The translations under genes were made by a program, and so were the position numbers. From the NCBI GenBank assembly GCA_050309705.1, contig JBNRMR010000091.1, forward strand, positions 1 to 46,966: DNA of 46,966 nucleotides. Reading direction: 5' to 3'. The notes below the pieces were generated by a model. The model saw only the letters and a program-made list of their open reading frames with translations. It made no database searches and was not told where the DNA came from. How positions within the stretch are numbered: the stretch's first letter is position 1; each line of letters begins with the position of its first letter. Source of the DNA: Christensenellales bacterium (GTDB taxonomy: Bacteria; Bacillota; Clostridia; Christensenellales; UBA1750). Positions 9,611 through 18,271 of the stretch are shown one piece after another.

Positions 9611-9990
9611 TGGGCACAGTCTGGATAACAAATAAATGGCGGAGGGAATTATGATGATAAATTAAAATGAGAATCTTATAAACCGTGATCTGGCCACGGC
9701 CCGGCAGGCGGAGTACAGCGCCTGTACCCACTAGGATATCAAAACAACAAACCATGGCGGGGTTTGCTTGTATGCGCTTCTTCCTTCCGTTGATTGACTG
9801 CCCAGAAACAAGATGCGCACTATATGAACTTTTCACATAAAATATTATATTTAGTATAAATGTTTCTCGTTTTTAGGACAGCACCATTATGAGATTCGCA
9901 AATTTGGGCAATGAGGATCTTTAAACCACCGAATTTCAGAGAAAGAGCAAAAGCAAAGCGGCTCAACCAACCATAAGGAGAGATAATATT

Positions 9991-10485
9991 ATGAAAAAGT
10001 TTTTGATGGGTCTAATGGCATTCATGCTGGTGTTTTCTATTGCCGGTTGCGGTGCAAAGCAAAGGCTGGAGCAGAAGGCCGGAGAAGCAATTGCAGAAAA
10101 GATATTGGGAGCGGCCGGAGTGGATGCGAACATTGATGGAGACCAGGTGGTCATCAAGGGAGAAGACGGCGATGAAATAACCTTTAGTGAGGGGAAATGG
10201 CCTTCATCTTCCCTTGCAGAAAACATTCCCGAATTCAAAGGCGGTAAGATTTCATCGGTGATGGAAGTCAAGGACTCGCTGCATATAATGATAGAGGATA
10301 TTTCGGACAATGACTTTACTGCTTATCTTGAAGATATCAAGAAAGATTTTTCGAAAGAAACATATCAGTTAAACACCGACACCGGTATGTCGTATACGGC
10401 GGGAAACGGCAAAGGCATAATCGTGTTACTTACATATGAAAAAGGCTCGGGAGCCAGCATCACGGTTGCAAAATCGGGAGAATAG
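9991..10485 (+). CDS. Uncharacterised lipoprotein
   Basis: Signal peptide with lipobox IAG-C; AAGGAG RBS. Confidence 0.8.
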   Translation: MKKFLMGLMAFMLVFSIAGCGAKQRLEQKAGEAIAEKILGAAGVDANIDGDQVVIKGEDGDEITFSEGKWPSSSLAENIPEFKGGKISSVMEVKDSLHIMIEDISDNDFTAYLEDIKKDFSKETYQLNTDTGMSYTAGNGKGIIVLLTYEKGSGASITVAKSGE

Positions 10486-10554
10486 GAACATAACAACTTC
10501 AGCAACAAAGCAGCCATAGACGAACCTGAAAATCAATTTAAGGAGGTAGCGCAC

Positions 10555-12213
10555 ATGAATTTGCTAAAAAAAACAGCCTGCCTGGCGCTTTGTGTTTGCC
10601 TGCTCCTCGGTCTGGCGGGCACAGCTCTCGCGGCTGATACTATGGATACTCGCACGCTTGCCATGGTTAACAAGCCGGGCGTGGTACTCGTGCAAACCCA
10701 GTGGACAGCAGACATAACCTGGTATGAGCTTTCATTCTACGCTGAACTGGAAGAGGACTTGGTTGACGCCATCGAAGACATGATATGGTACGGCGATATC
10801 CCCAACACCGAAGAAGCCATATACTCTGCAATGGTGCAGCTTATGATCGAAAACATGGCCTACTATGCTTACACAACCGGCAATGCCCAAACTGAAAGAG
10901 CCAGCACCGCTGCGGTGGGCACCGGGTTTATCGTGACGCCCGACGGCTACATGGTGACAAACGCCCATGTTGTGCACACAGATGAGGAAGCGCTTTATAT
11001 GCAGTTTGCAATGTCGGCCCTTGAAGAATATGCCATTTCCGGGACAAACGAGTTCTACGAGGAAATGTTGCGTAACGGATATCAAATGACACAAGAAGAA
11101 TGGGATGGTCTTGCCAGCGCATATTATAGCCTGCTGGCGCAAAGCATGGACATCAACAACCTGCAGACCAGCTATTTCTGCTTTATGGGCAACGTTATTC
11201 CCGGCAGTGACGTTTCTGCCAAGGGTATCCTTTTGGATCTGCGTAAGATAGGCGAGCCGATTCCCGGCAAGGATATTGCCATCCTCAAGCTGGATAAAAC
11301 CAACCTGCCCACAGTTACCCTTGGTGACGACACGCTTTTGCGCACCGGGGACAAAGTGTATGCGATGGGCTATCCCGCGGTTGCGACGCTGTCTGAGGCC
11401 CTGAATGTTTCTCAGGCCATCCAGGAGCCAACGCTAACCCAGGGAATGATCAGCGCCAAGAAGGAGATGGCCGGCGGCTGGAGCATTTTGCAAACCGACG
11501 CAGCCATTCATGGCGGAAATTCAGGAGGTCCGCTGTTCAACGAAGCGGGTGAAGTCATAGGGGTCAACACCTTCGGCATGCTGGATGCCGGCGGCGGTAT
11601 GGCGGCTGGCATGAACTTTGCCATTCCCATCAGCGTTGCCATGCAGTTTTTAAACGAAATCAACATCACTCCCAGAGAGAGCGATTTTACCAGGCAATTC
11701 AAAGAGGCGAAAGCGCTATTTGACAGCGAAAAGTATTCGGAGGCGCTGAACATGCTGCGCACTCTAAATGAGACCAACCCCGGATACCCCGTTGTGGCGG
11801 ATTTGCTCTCTCAGTCCAGCTCAAAGGTGAGCAGCCAACCGACCATGGCTTCGGCGACTCCGGCCATGGATATAACAGCTCCTGTGATTGCGAATACAGA
11901 GCTGAAGACCGCAAAAGAATCCTTTGCTGGTGAAAACAGCACGCTTTTCATTGTTTTGGGTGCAGCGATTATCGTTTTGCTTGCTGCGCTGATCACAGTA
12001 ATTGTTCTGATGTAAACGCGCCGGAAAAAAGCGCTTGCTGCGAACACGCACACGAGTGCGCAAATACCTATGTCAAATACGCTGAGCGCACAAGGGAGCA
12101 CGCCACAAGAGCGTACCGCTCCGCCCCCGAAGGCCGGCACATTTTGTACTGAGTGCGGCACTCCCCTTTCGCCCGGCACAAAATTGTGCCCCAATTGCGG
12201 CACAAAGCTTTAA
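10555..12213 (+). CDS. Secreted, membrane-anchored trypsin-like (S1C/HtrA-like) serine protease; C-terminal zinc-ribbon tail cut off by an in-frame TAA at 12013-12015
   Basis: Signal peptide, GTGF, TNAHVV (His), DIAILK (Asp), TDAAIHGGNSGGPL (Ser) and a C-terminal TM helix. The same frame continues past the stop to CTECG...CPNCG and ends at TAA 12211-12213. Confidence 0.85.
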
Positions 12214-12275
12214 GGGCAAGAACTTTTTTAGAAATAGGCATCACTGCGTTAAGAATAACTTTAAGGAGGGCATCA

Positions 12276-12716
12276 ATGAAAAAATTCACCCGGGCCATGC
12301 TGACGGTATTTGTCATATGTGTTTTTGTGCTTACGGGTTGCAGCATTCTCTCCAATGCGGAAACGCTTGAAGCCTATGTGTTTGGCGCAGACGTCATTCC
12401 CTCCGTCAATTCCGTGGTCGGCGAGCGCAAAGTGATAGGCGTGCAAAGCGGAACAGGCTCAGACGGAACCTACAAGCAATACGACTATCAAAGCGAAACC
12501 GTTACGGAGGATCTCATCGCCTATTTGATATACGACCGCCTGGAAAGCAATTGGTATGCGCTGACAGACTTTAACCTGAACAACCTGCCGGGAACCGCAC
12601 AGCTTGCGACCGAGTCCGAGGAAAGCGGGCAAATCATCATCATGGATGTAACTTACGACAAAGATGGATATACGATCAAGCTGACGAAGGGCCAAGGCAC
12701 TCTGACTTTGAATTGA
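12276..12716 (+). CDS. Uncharacterised lipoprotein
   Basis: MKKFTR...VLTG-C lipobox; AAGGAGG RBS before the ATG at 12276. Confidence 0.8.
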   Translation: MKKFTRAMLTVFVICVFVLTGCSILSNAETLEAYVFGADVIPSVNSVVGERKVIGVQSGTGSDGTYKQYDYQSETVTEDLIAYLIYDRLESNWYALTDFNLNNLPGTAQLATESEESGQIIIMDVTYDKDGYTIKLTKGQGTLTLN

Positions 12717-12734
12717 GCATAGGCCGGGGGACGT

Positions 12735-12855
12735 TTGCGAAAAAGCATCGCATTGTTTCTGTGCGCCTTCACAGTCTTGCTGCTGATGCTGAGGCAGCGC
12801 AACGACGATTTACCTTGACATCAACGGTGTGAACGGATTTTCCAATAGGACATAA
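12735..12855 (+). pseudogene. Remnant of a secreted-protein gene (signal peptide joined to a C-terminal fragment)
   Basis: G-rich RBS and TTG start give MRKSIALFLCAFTVLLLML...*; a shifted frame reads ATTIYLDINGVNGFSNRT*; the operon terminator follows. Confidence 0.45.
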
Positions 12856-12872
12856 ATTTATAGCTCAAAGCG

Positions 12873-12908
12873 AAAATGCCTGCAGGGAAAAGCTTGCAGG
12901 TATTTTTA
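12873..12908 (+). terminator. Intrinsic terminator
   Basis: AAAATGCCTGCAGG...CTTGCAGGTATTTTT. Confidence 0.7.
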
Positions 12909-13767
12909 TGCTGATGCATACAAAAAGCGGCTAATTTTGCATATGAAACTTCAAAGCATTATTGTGGGCTGCTTTCTGCCCAAAACAGCAGTGGGTCGCT
13001 GCGTTTCCGCTTCTTTCTCGGCAAGCATCGCCGCCCTTGTGCTTGAAATATATAGGGATTGAAAAGCTGAATCATTTTTTTCAAAACTCACATGCGAATA
13101 TGCAGTTTTTCTGTAGCATTATACCTATTTACATGGTAAGATATACTATGTTTCCGTTTTGCGCGTTGATCAAGCTGGCTGATATGGCCGAACAGGGGGC
13201 AGATGGGATTAAACCATCAAACAAATTGAATGTAATCGCTCCAAATCCGGCGCAGCAAAAGCGGGACAAATATCATGGATGAGATGAAATATATAGTCCA
13301 TGAGTGATTTGCGCCAGCAACCTTGTTATGCTGTTTGATAATGTCGGTGATGCTAATTTTGCCGTATATGGGAAAGATATTTTTAGTGACATCGCTTTTA
13401 ATCTTATGATTGATGAGCGCGGGTAGCGTGACAGAACAATGGATTGGAGCTTGGCTTTTTTAAATGTGATGTCCTCCGCGATGAGGCGCCATGCAGTAAG
13501 AGCCCCATACGCGCCGCCTGTCGTTTTCCGACGAGGAGACCTACCCCTGGATGCCCTACATGAGCGTGCGGTGGTTATAAGCCCCGTGGGCGACCAGATC
13601 GCTTCCGCAGCAAACATCCCCTACCGCACCCCTGCCGCCGTTGCCGCCTTTTAGGACTTTCTGAAAATCTTGGCCAAAGAGAATGCGGCGGCTGACCAAG
13701 CGAAAAACTCACTTATTAAAATAGTGTACCGAACCATTTAATTCAGAATAGGAGCAAGGAGAAACAC

Positions 13768-14607
13768 ATGAAAATACGCATTGTTGCCGACTCTGCCGCA
13801 GACACGCTGGAGCTTTACGGAGCCGACTTCGCTTCCGTACCGTTGAAGATCATCACATCACACAGGGAGTATGTGGATGATGAAACGCTGGATGTGGAGC
13901 AGATGGTGGAGGATCTACAACAATACAGCGGCAAGTCATCAACCGCCTGCCCAAGTATTGGCGAATGGCTGGAAGCTTTCGGCGATGCCGATCGAGTTTA
14001 TTGCGTTACGATTACCAGCGCACTTTCCGGCAGCTATAACTCAGCCCGTTTAGCCAAACAAGAATATGAGGCCCAGCATCCGGAGCGCCAGGTTTTTGTG
14101 ATCGACTCGCTTTCCACCGGCCCGGAAGAGCGCTTGATTATTGACAAGCTGCAAGAGCTTATTGCACTTGATTATACTCACCAAGAAATTTGCGCTGCAA
14201 TTACAGATTATCAGCAGCATACTTGCCTGTTATTTATGTTGAAATCTTTGCAAAATCTCGCAAACAATGGACGCGTTAATTCTCTTGTCGCCAAAGCGGT
14301 TGGCCTTCTGGACATTCGTATGATAGGCAAGGCCAGTGACCAGGGGATGCTGGAGCTGCTGGACAAGTGCCGCAGCGAAAAGCGCGCACTGGCGGCTATC
14401 ATCAGCCGAATAAACGCAATTCAACAGAAGGTTCAGAGCGTTCGCATCGGCCACTGTTGCAATGAGCCGGCAGCAGTTAAATTGCAGGAAATGATTCTTA
14501 AGGAGTTTGCCTCGGCGAAGGTCGAAATTTACAAGCTCCGTGGGTTGTGCAGCTTCTATGCAGAAAAAGGCGGGCTTCTGGTCGGACTGGAGGCATCACC
14601 TGCATAA
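13768..14607 (+). CDS. DegV family fatty-acid-binding protein
   Basis: IVADSAAD, SSTACPS, ITSALSGSYNSA, IDSLST and NLANNGR motifs. Confidence 0.92.
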   Translation: MKIRIVADSAADTLELYGADFASVPLKIITSHREYVDDETLDVEQMVEDLQQYSGKSSTACPSIGEWLEAFGDADRVYCVTITSALSGSYNSARLAKQEYEAQHPERQVFVIDSLSTGPEERLIIDKLQELIALDYTHQEICAAITDYQQHTCLLFMLKSLQNLANNGRVNSLVAKAVGLLDIRMIGKASDQGMLELLDKCRSEKRALAAIISRINAIQQKVQSVRIGHCCNEPAAVKLQEMILKEFASAKVEIYKLRGLCSFYAEKGGLLVGLEASPA

Positions 14608-14696
14608 ACGGTAACTGCCTTGCCTCACAGCTAAGGTCGCATATCATAGTCGCAAGCATTGCGGTAGTTAAGCAGTGCTTGATTTCGCATAGACAT

Positions 14697-15710
14697 TTAT
14701 GCCACGTCCTTAGGCTTTATAGGAAACAGCAAATCAAGTTGCTGTGTATCTGCACCGTTTTCCCACTCTCGAACGATGTTATAAAAATTCAAGGGTTCTT
14801 CCATTGCCCAATCCATCTCTTTATCATAAGGCTTGACACGAACCTCGCCCCAAGCGTGTTCGTATTTGTCATTAGACAATACCCACTGGCGAAGGCATCC
14901 CCACTCCTCAAACGCACCCATCGGAATCATGTGAGCGGCATATAAACCTCCGTTGAATTGCTTTTTAACAAGCGGAGCGGGAACTTCCATATCATCGGGA
15001 ATCGTAACCCACGCCTCATACCCCGCCGACGGTGCACCTTCTAAACCAGCCATAATAGGATTATTAAATCCAAAAGCCCTAAAATCCGGCTTTTTCTCAT
15101 GGAGATTGTTTTCATTTATAAACTTACTGATTTGTCCATAAACAACACCTTCGCAACCTTCACCAATATGGTGTGCAGAAGCCACTTTCGCAGGTGGCAA
15201 ATATACAATCCGCACATCCCGGTCGGTGAGTTTGTTCAGCTTTTCACTTGCCTGTTCCAGATCCGCTGCTGTTTTTTCTTCTTTTAACGAATTTTTTTGC
15301 ACCGTGAGTGCATCCACGGCTTCAAGCAGTGTTGTATCGTCCAGCAAATTTAGCTTGATGTCCTGATGAATGCTATCTTTTAGCCGCGATATAAAAGAAT
15401 TGATAATTTCACGAATGGTGGAAAGGGCTGTGATTTCGTCGTCTACCTCGGCAAGGTTTTGCCGGAACGCTTCAATAATTCCCGCCGCATTTTCGCTCTT
15501 TAAAATGAGAGCAATTTGCTTGAGTGGGATTCGCAGCTTGCGCAGCACAAGGATTTGCTGTAAACGCATGACCGCCGCCTCATCGTATGTACGGTAGGCA
15601 TAATCCTCTTTTTTGACGCTCTCAATCAGCCCGATCTGCTCATAATAGCGCAGAGTGCGGGTTGAAATGGAAAGCCTCTTTGATATTTCGCTTATGGTGG
15701 TTAGGCTCAT
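14697..15710 (-). CDS. MerR family regulator with GyrI-like effector domain
   Basis: TISEISKRLSISTRTLRYYEQIGL, YRTYD; C-terminal DVRIVYLPP...GYEAWVTIP...GGLYAAH. Confidence 0.9.
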   Translation of the reverse strand: MSLTTISEISKRLSISTRTLRYYEQIGLIESVKKEDYAYRTYDEAAVMRLQQILVLRKLRIPLKQIALILKSENAAGIIEAFRQNLAEVDDEITALSTIREIINSFISRLKDSIHQDIKLNLLDDTTLLEAVDALTVQKNSLKEEKTAADLEQASEKLNKLTDRDVRIVYLPPAKVASAHHIGEGCEGVVYGQISKFINENNLHEKKPDFRAFGFNNPIMAGLEGAPSAGYEAWVTIPDDMEVPAPLVKKQFNGGLYAAHMIPMGAFEEWGCLRQWVLSNDKYEHAWGEVRVKPYDKEMDWAMEEPLNFYNIVREWENGADTQQLDLLFPIKPKDVA

Positions 15711-15758
15711 ATTTGTTTTCTCCTCTGAACTTAGTCCCGACGAATCGGGCATGTATTC

Positions 15759-15789
15759 AGTATAAAGTGCGACGTCGCGTCAAAGTCAA
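15759..15789 (-). promoter_or_regulatory. MerR-type promoter/operator with 19-bp spacer
   Basis: TTGACT-ttgacgcgacgtcgcactt(19)-TATACT, with a dyad in the spacer. Confidence 0.8.
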
Positions 15790-15820
15790 GGGGTGGATAT
15801 ATTAAATTGCGTCAAAGCTT

Positions 15821-15940
15821 CTGCGTTTGTCAATGCTGTGACCCAACCAGCGCAGCAAGGGTCTGTGCGGGAGACTTCCAGCCCAAGGTTCGCATGGGCT
15901 TATGTTTGCTCCATTGTGCAGTTGCCTATTCATATCTTCT
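15821..15940 (-). mobile_element. Possible 3' remnant of a DDE transposase gene plus IS end (IS481/IS3-like)
   Basis: Minus strand reads EDMNRQL.../PMRTLGWKSPAQTLAAL, followed by CATTGACAAACGCA. This resembles, from recall only, the rve-integrase C-terminal P..L.W.SP motif. Short and frameshifted. Confidence 0.4.
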
Positions 15941-16097
15941 TATACTGTTCAGTTTACTGGCTTTTCGGTTTTCAGACAACCTTTCTTTTGCAAACAAGGC
16001 GCAATATTGTGCAAGTAACTAATTTTCGCTTACTAATAGGCTTCTACCGTTCACTATTTCTATAAACTCATAGCGAGCTATTCCATCAATAAAACAC

Positions 16098-16142
16098 AAA
16101 ACACCTATCCCGATACACCTGGTATTTGGATAGGCGTTTTTT
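16098..16142. terminator. tRNA-Ser terminator (bidirectional-looking)
   Basis: AAAACACCTATCC...GGATAGGCGTTTTTT. Confidence 0.7.
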
Positions 16143-16143
16143 A

Positions 16144-16234
16144 TGGCGGAGAGTTAGGGATTTGAACCCTAGTTACCCTTACCGGGTAAACACGATTTCC
16201 AATCGTGCGCCTTCAACCGCTCAGCCAACTCTCC
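16144..16234 (-). tRNA. tRNA-Ser (GGA)
   Basis: GGAGAGTTGGCTGAGCGG...CACGATT-GGA-AATCGTG, long variable arm, GGTTCAAATCC...CTCTCCGCCA. Upstream promoter TTGATT-17-TATAAT (16262-16290). Confidence 0.97.
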
Positions 16235-16439
16235 GTATGGCAAGCTCTTGACAGCCAAGTCATTATACATTAGTTAAGAAAAAAAATCAAGGCCTATGTG
16301 CAAAATTAAACAAAATCTCCCGCCTTATTTTTTTGCAGAAATGGTGGTAAAATAAGAATTAATTGCTAACATTCGTCCTGTTATGGTATAATTTATCCAA
16401 TGAATACACTAAGAACAAAAACGGAGGTCAATGATTGTT

Positions 16440-17831
16440 ATGAAGGAATTTATGGGCAAGGATTTCATGCTGGACTCCCCCACTGCCTTGAAGCTGTACG
16501 ATATGTGCAAGGATCTGCCGATTATCGACTACCATTGCCACCTGGTGCCGAAGGAAATTTGGGAAAACCCATCCTTTGAGAACATCACCCAGCTTTGGCT
16601 CAACGGCGACCATTACAAATGGCGGCTGATGCGCGCCTGTGGCGTTGAGGAAAAGTACATCACCGGCGACGGTAGCGACTATGATAAGTTCTTCCACTTC
16701 GCGAAAATTATGCCCCTTTGCATCGGCAATCCTGTCTATCACTGGGCGCATCTGGAGCTTCAGCGCTATTTCGAGGTAAATCTACCCCTGTGCGAAAAAA
16801 ATGCAAAGGCCATATGGGACGCTGTCTGCGAAAAGATGAAAAACGGCGTCAACACAGTGCGCGGCTTCATCGAGACTTCCAACGTTGAGACTGTCTGCAC
16901 CACCGACGACCCTGCCGACAGCCTGGAATACCACATTGCCCTTAAGAACGAAGGCAAGTTCAAAGTTAATGTTTACCCCGCCTTCCGTCCGGACAAAGCT
17001 TACGGCCTTGAAAAGGATGATTATACCGAATATATCAATAAGCTTTCCGCCGCTTCCGGCGTTGATATCAAGGACGCCCAGACGCTGGTGGAAGCGCTGC
17101 TGAGCCGCATCGATTTCTTCCATGAAAACGGCTGCCGGGCCTCCGACCATGCCTCAATGGGCCTTCCCTATAATCCCTGCACCGTCGATGAGGCCAACCA
17201 GATCGTTGCAGACCGCCTCGCGGGCAAGAAAGTCTGCCAGGCAAGCTGCGACAAGGTTTTCACATTCGTGATGAACCGCCTTGCAAAGAAGTACAACGAG
17301 CTGGGCTGGATAATGCAACTGCACATGTCCGCCATCCGCAATAACAACAGCATCGCCTTCAAAAAACTTGGCCCCGACACCGGCTTCGACGCCGTTTATG
17401 ATGCCCATATATCCGCCAACATGAGCGCGTTCTTGGACAGCCTTAACGGCGAAGTGCCGAAGACAGTGTTGTATTCACTGAACCCCAATGATTTCTACGT
17501 TTTGACCACACTGATGGGCTGCTTCCAGAAGGCCGGCGAAAGAGGCCACATGCAACTTGGTGCGCCCTGGTGGTTCATTGACCATTACAACGGAATGATG
17601 CAGCAGATGAACACTCTGGCCGACCTGGGGGTTTTGGGCAACTTCATCGGGATGCTGACCGACTCCCGCAGCTTTCTTTCCTACCCGCGCCACGAATATT
17701 TCCGCCGCATAATGTGCAACCTTATCGCCGGCTGGGTGGAAAAAGGGCTTTACCCCAACGACGATGACATGCTGAAGGAGATCGTCCAGGGCATTAGCTA
17801 CTATAATGTGAAAAACTACACCGGCCTTTAA
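16440..17831 (+). CDS. uxaC: Glucuronate (uronate) isomerase
   Basis: PIIDYHCH, GDHYKWRLMR, GNPVYHWAHLEL, CTTDDP and GMLTDSRSFLSYPRHEYFRR motifs. Confidence 0.96.
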   Translation: MKEFMGKDFMLDSPTALKLYDMCKDLPIIDYHCHLVPKEIWENPSFENITQLWLNGDHYKWRLMRACGVEEKYITGDGSDYDKFFHFAKIMPLCIGNPVYHWAHLELQRYFEVNLPLCEKNAKAIWDAVCEKMKNGVNTVRGFIETSNVETVCTTDDPADSLEYHIALKNEGKFKVNVYPAFRPDKAYGLEKDDYTEYINKLSAASGVDIKDAQTLVEALLSRIDFFHENGCRASDHASMGLPYNPCTVDEANQIVADRLAGKKVCQASCDKVFTFVMNRLAKKYNELGWIMQLHMSAIRNNNSIAFKKLGPDTGFDAVYDAHISANMSAFLDSLNGEVPKTVLYSLNPNDFYVLTTLMGCFQKAGERGHMQLGAPWWFIDHYNGMMQQMNTLADLGVLGNFIGMLTDSRSFLSYPRHEYFRRIMCNLIAGWVEKGLYPNDDDMLKEIVQGISYYNVKNYTGL

Positions 17832-17838
17832 GCCGCCG

Positions 17839-17872
17839 AAAAAAAAGGATGCGAAAAACGCATCCTTTTTTG
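17839..17872 (+). terminator. Intrinsic terminator
   Basis: AAAAAAAGGATGCG-aaaaa-CGCATCCTTTTTT. Confidence 0.8.
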
Positions 17873-17894
17873 TTGCTTTTTTATCAACTGAGTT

Positions 17895-18255
17895 ACGATT
17901 CGGGGCCCCGCCCCGATCCCCGCAAGGGATTCTCCCTTGACCCTCTGCTATTTAGAGTTTTGCTCAAGCTTTTTCAAAAGCTTGCGGGAGCTTGGGGGCA
18001 GCGCCCTCGAAAGGGGACGATTCGGGGCCCCGCCCCGATTCCCGCAAGGGATTCTCCCTTGACCCTCTGCTATTTGGAGTTTTGCTCAAGCTTTTTCAAA
18101 AGCTTGCGGGAGCTTGAGGGCAGAGCCCTCGAAAGGGGACGATTCGGGGCCCCGCCCCGATCCCCACAAGGGATTCTCCCTTGACCCTCTGCTATTTGAG
18201 TTTTGCTCAAGCTTTTTCAAAAGCTTGCGGGAGCTTGAGGGTAGCGCCCTCGAAA
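17895..18255. repeat. Three tandem ~122-bp multi-hairpin repeats
   Basis: Units start at 17895, 18017 and 18139 and are nearly identical; each carries four short palindromes. Confidence 0.95.
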
Positions 18256-18271
18256 TAAGAGCAGGTTGAAC

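Noticed and set aside
12153-12275. N-terminal extension of the 12153-12716 ORF
   Set aside because: The true start is the ATG at 12276 (RBS plus signal peptide); the extension overlaps the protease zinc-ribbon frame.
12960-13740. ORFs 12962-13282, 13273-13617 and 13439-13654
   Set aside because: No recognisable family and interrupted by stops. Possibly decayed gene debris, but I cannot assign it.
5844-16143. Intact integrative element or prophage
   Set aside because: No integrase, att repeat, conjugation or phage genes were seen.
17849-18184. 111-aa ORF
   Set aside because: It is just a translation across the terminator and repeats, with no RBS or protein-like features.
17895-18255. CRISPR array
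   Set aside because: Whole 122-bp units repeat with no unique spacers, and there are no cas genes in the window.
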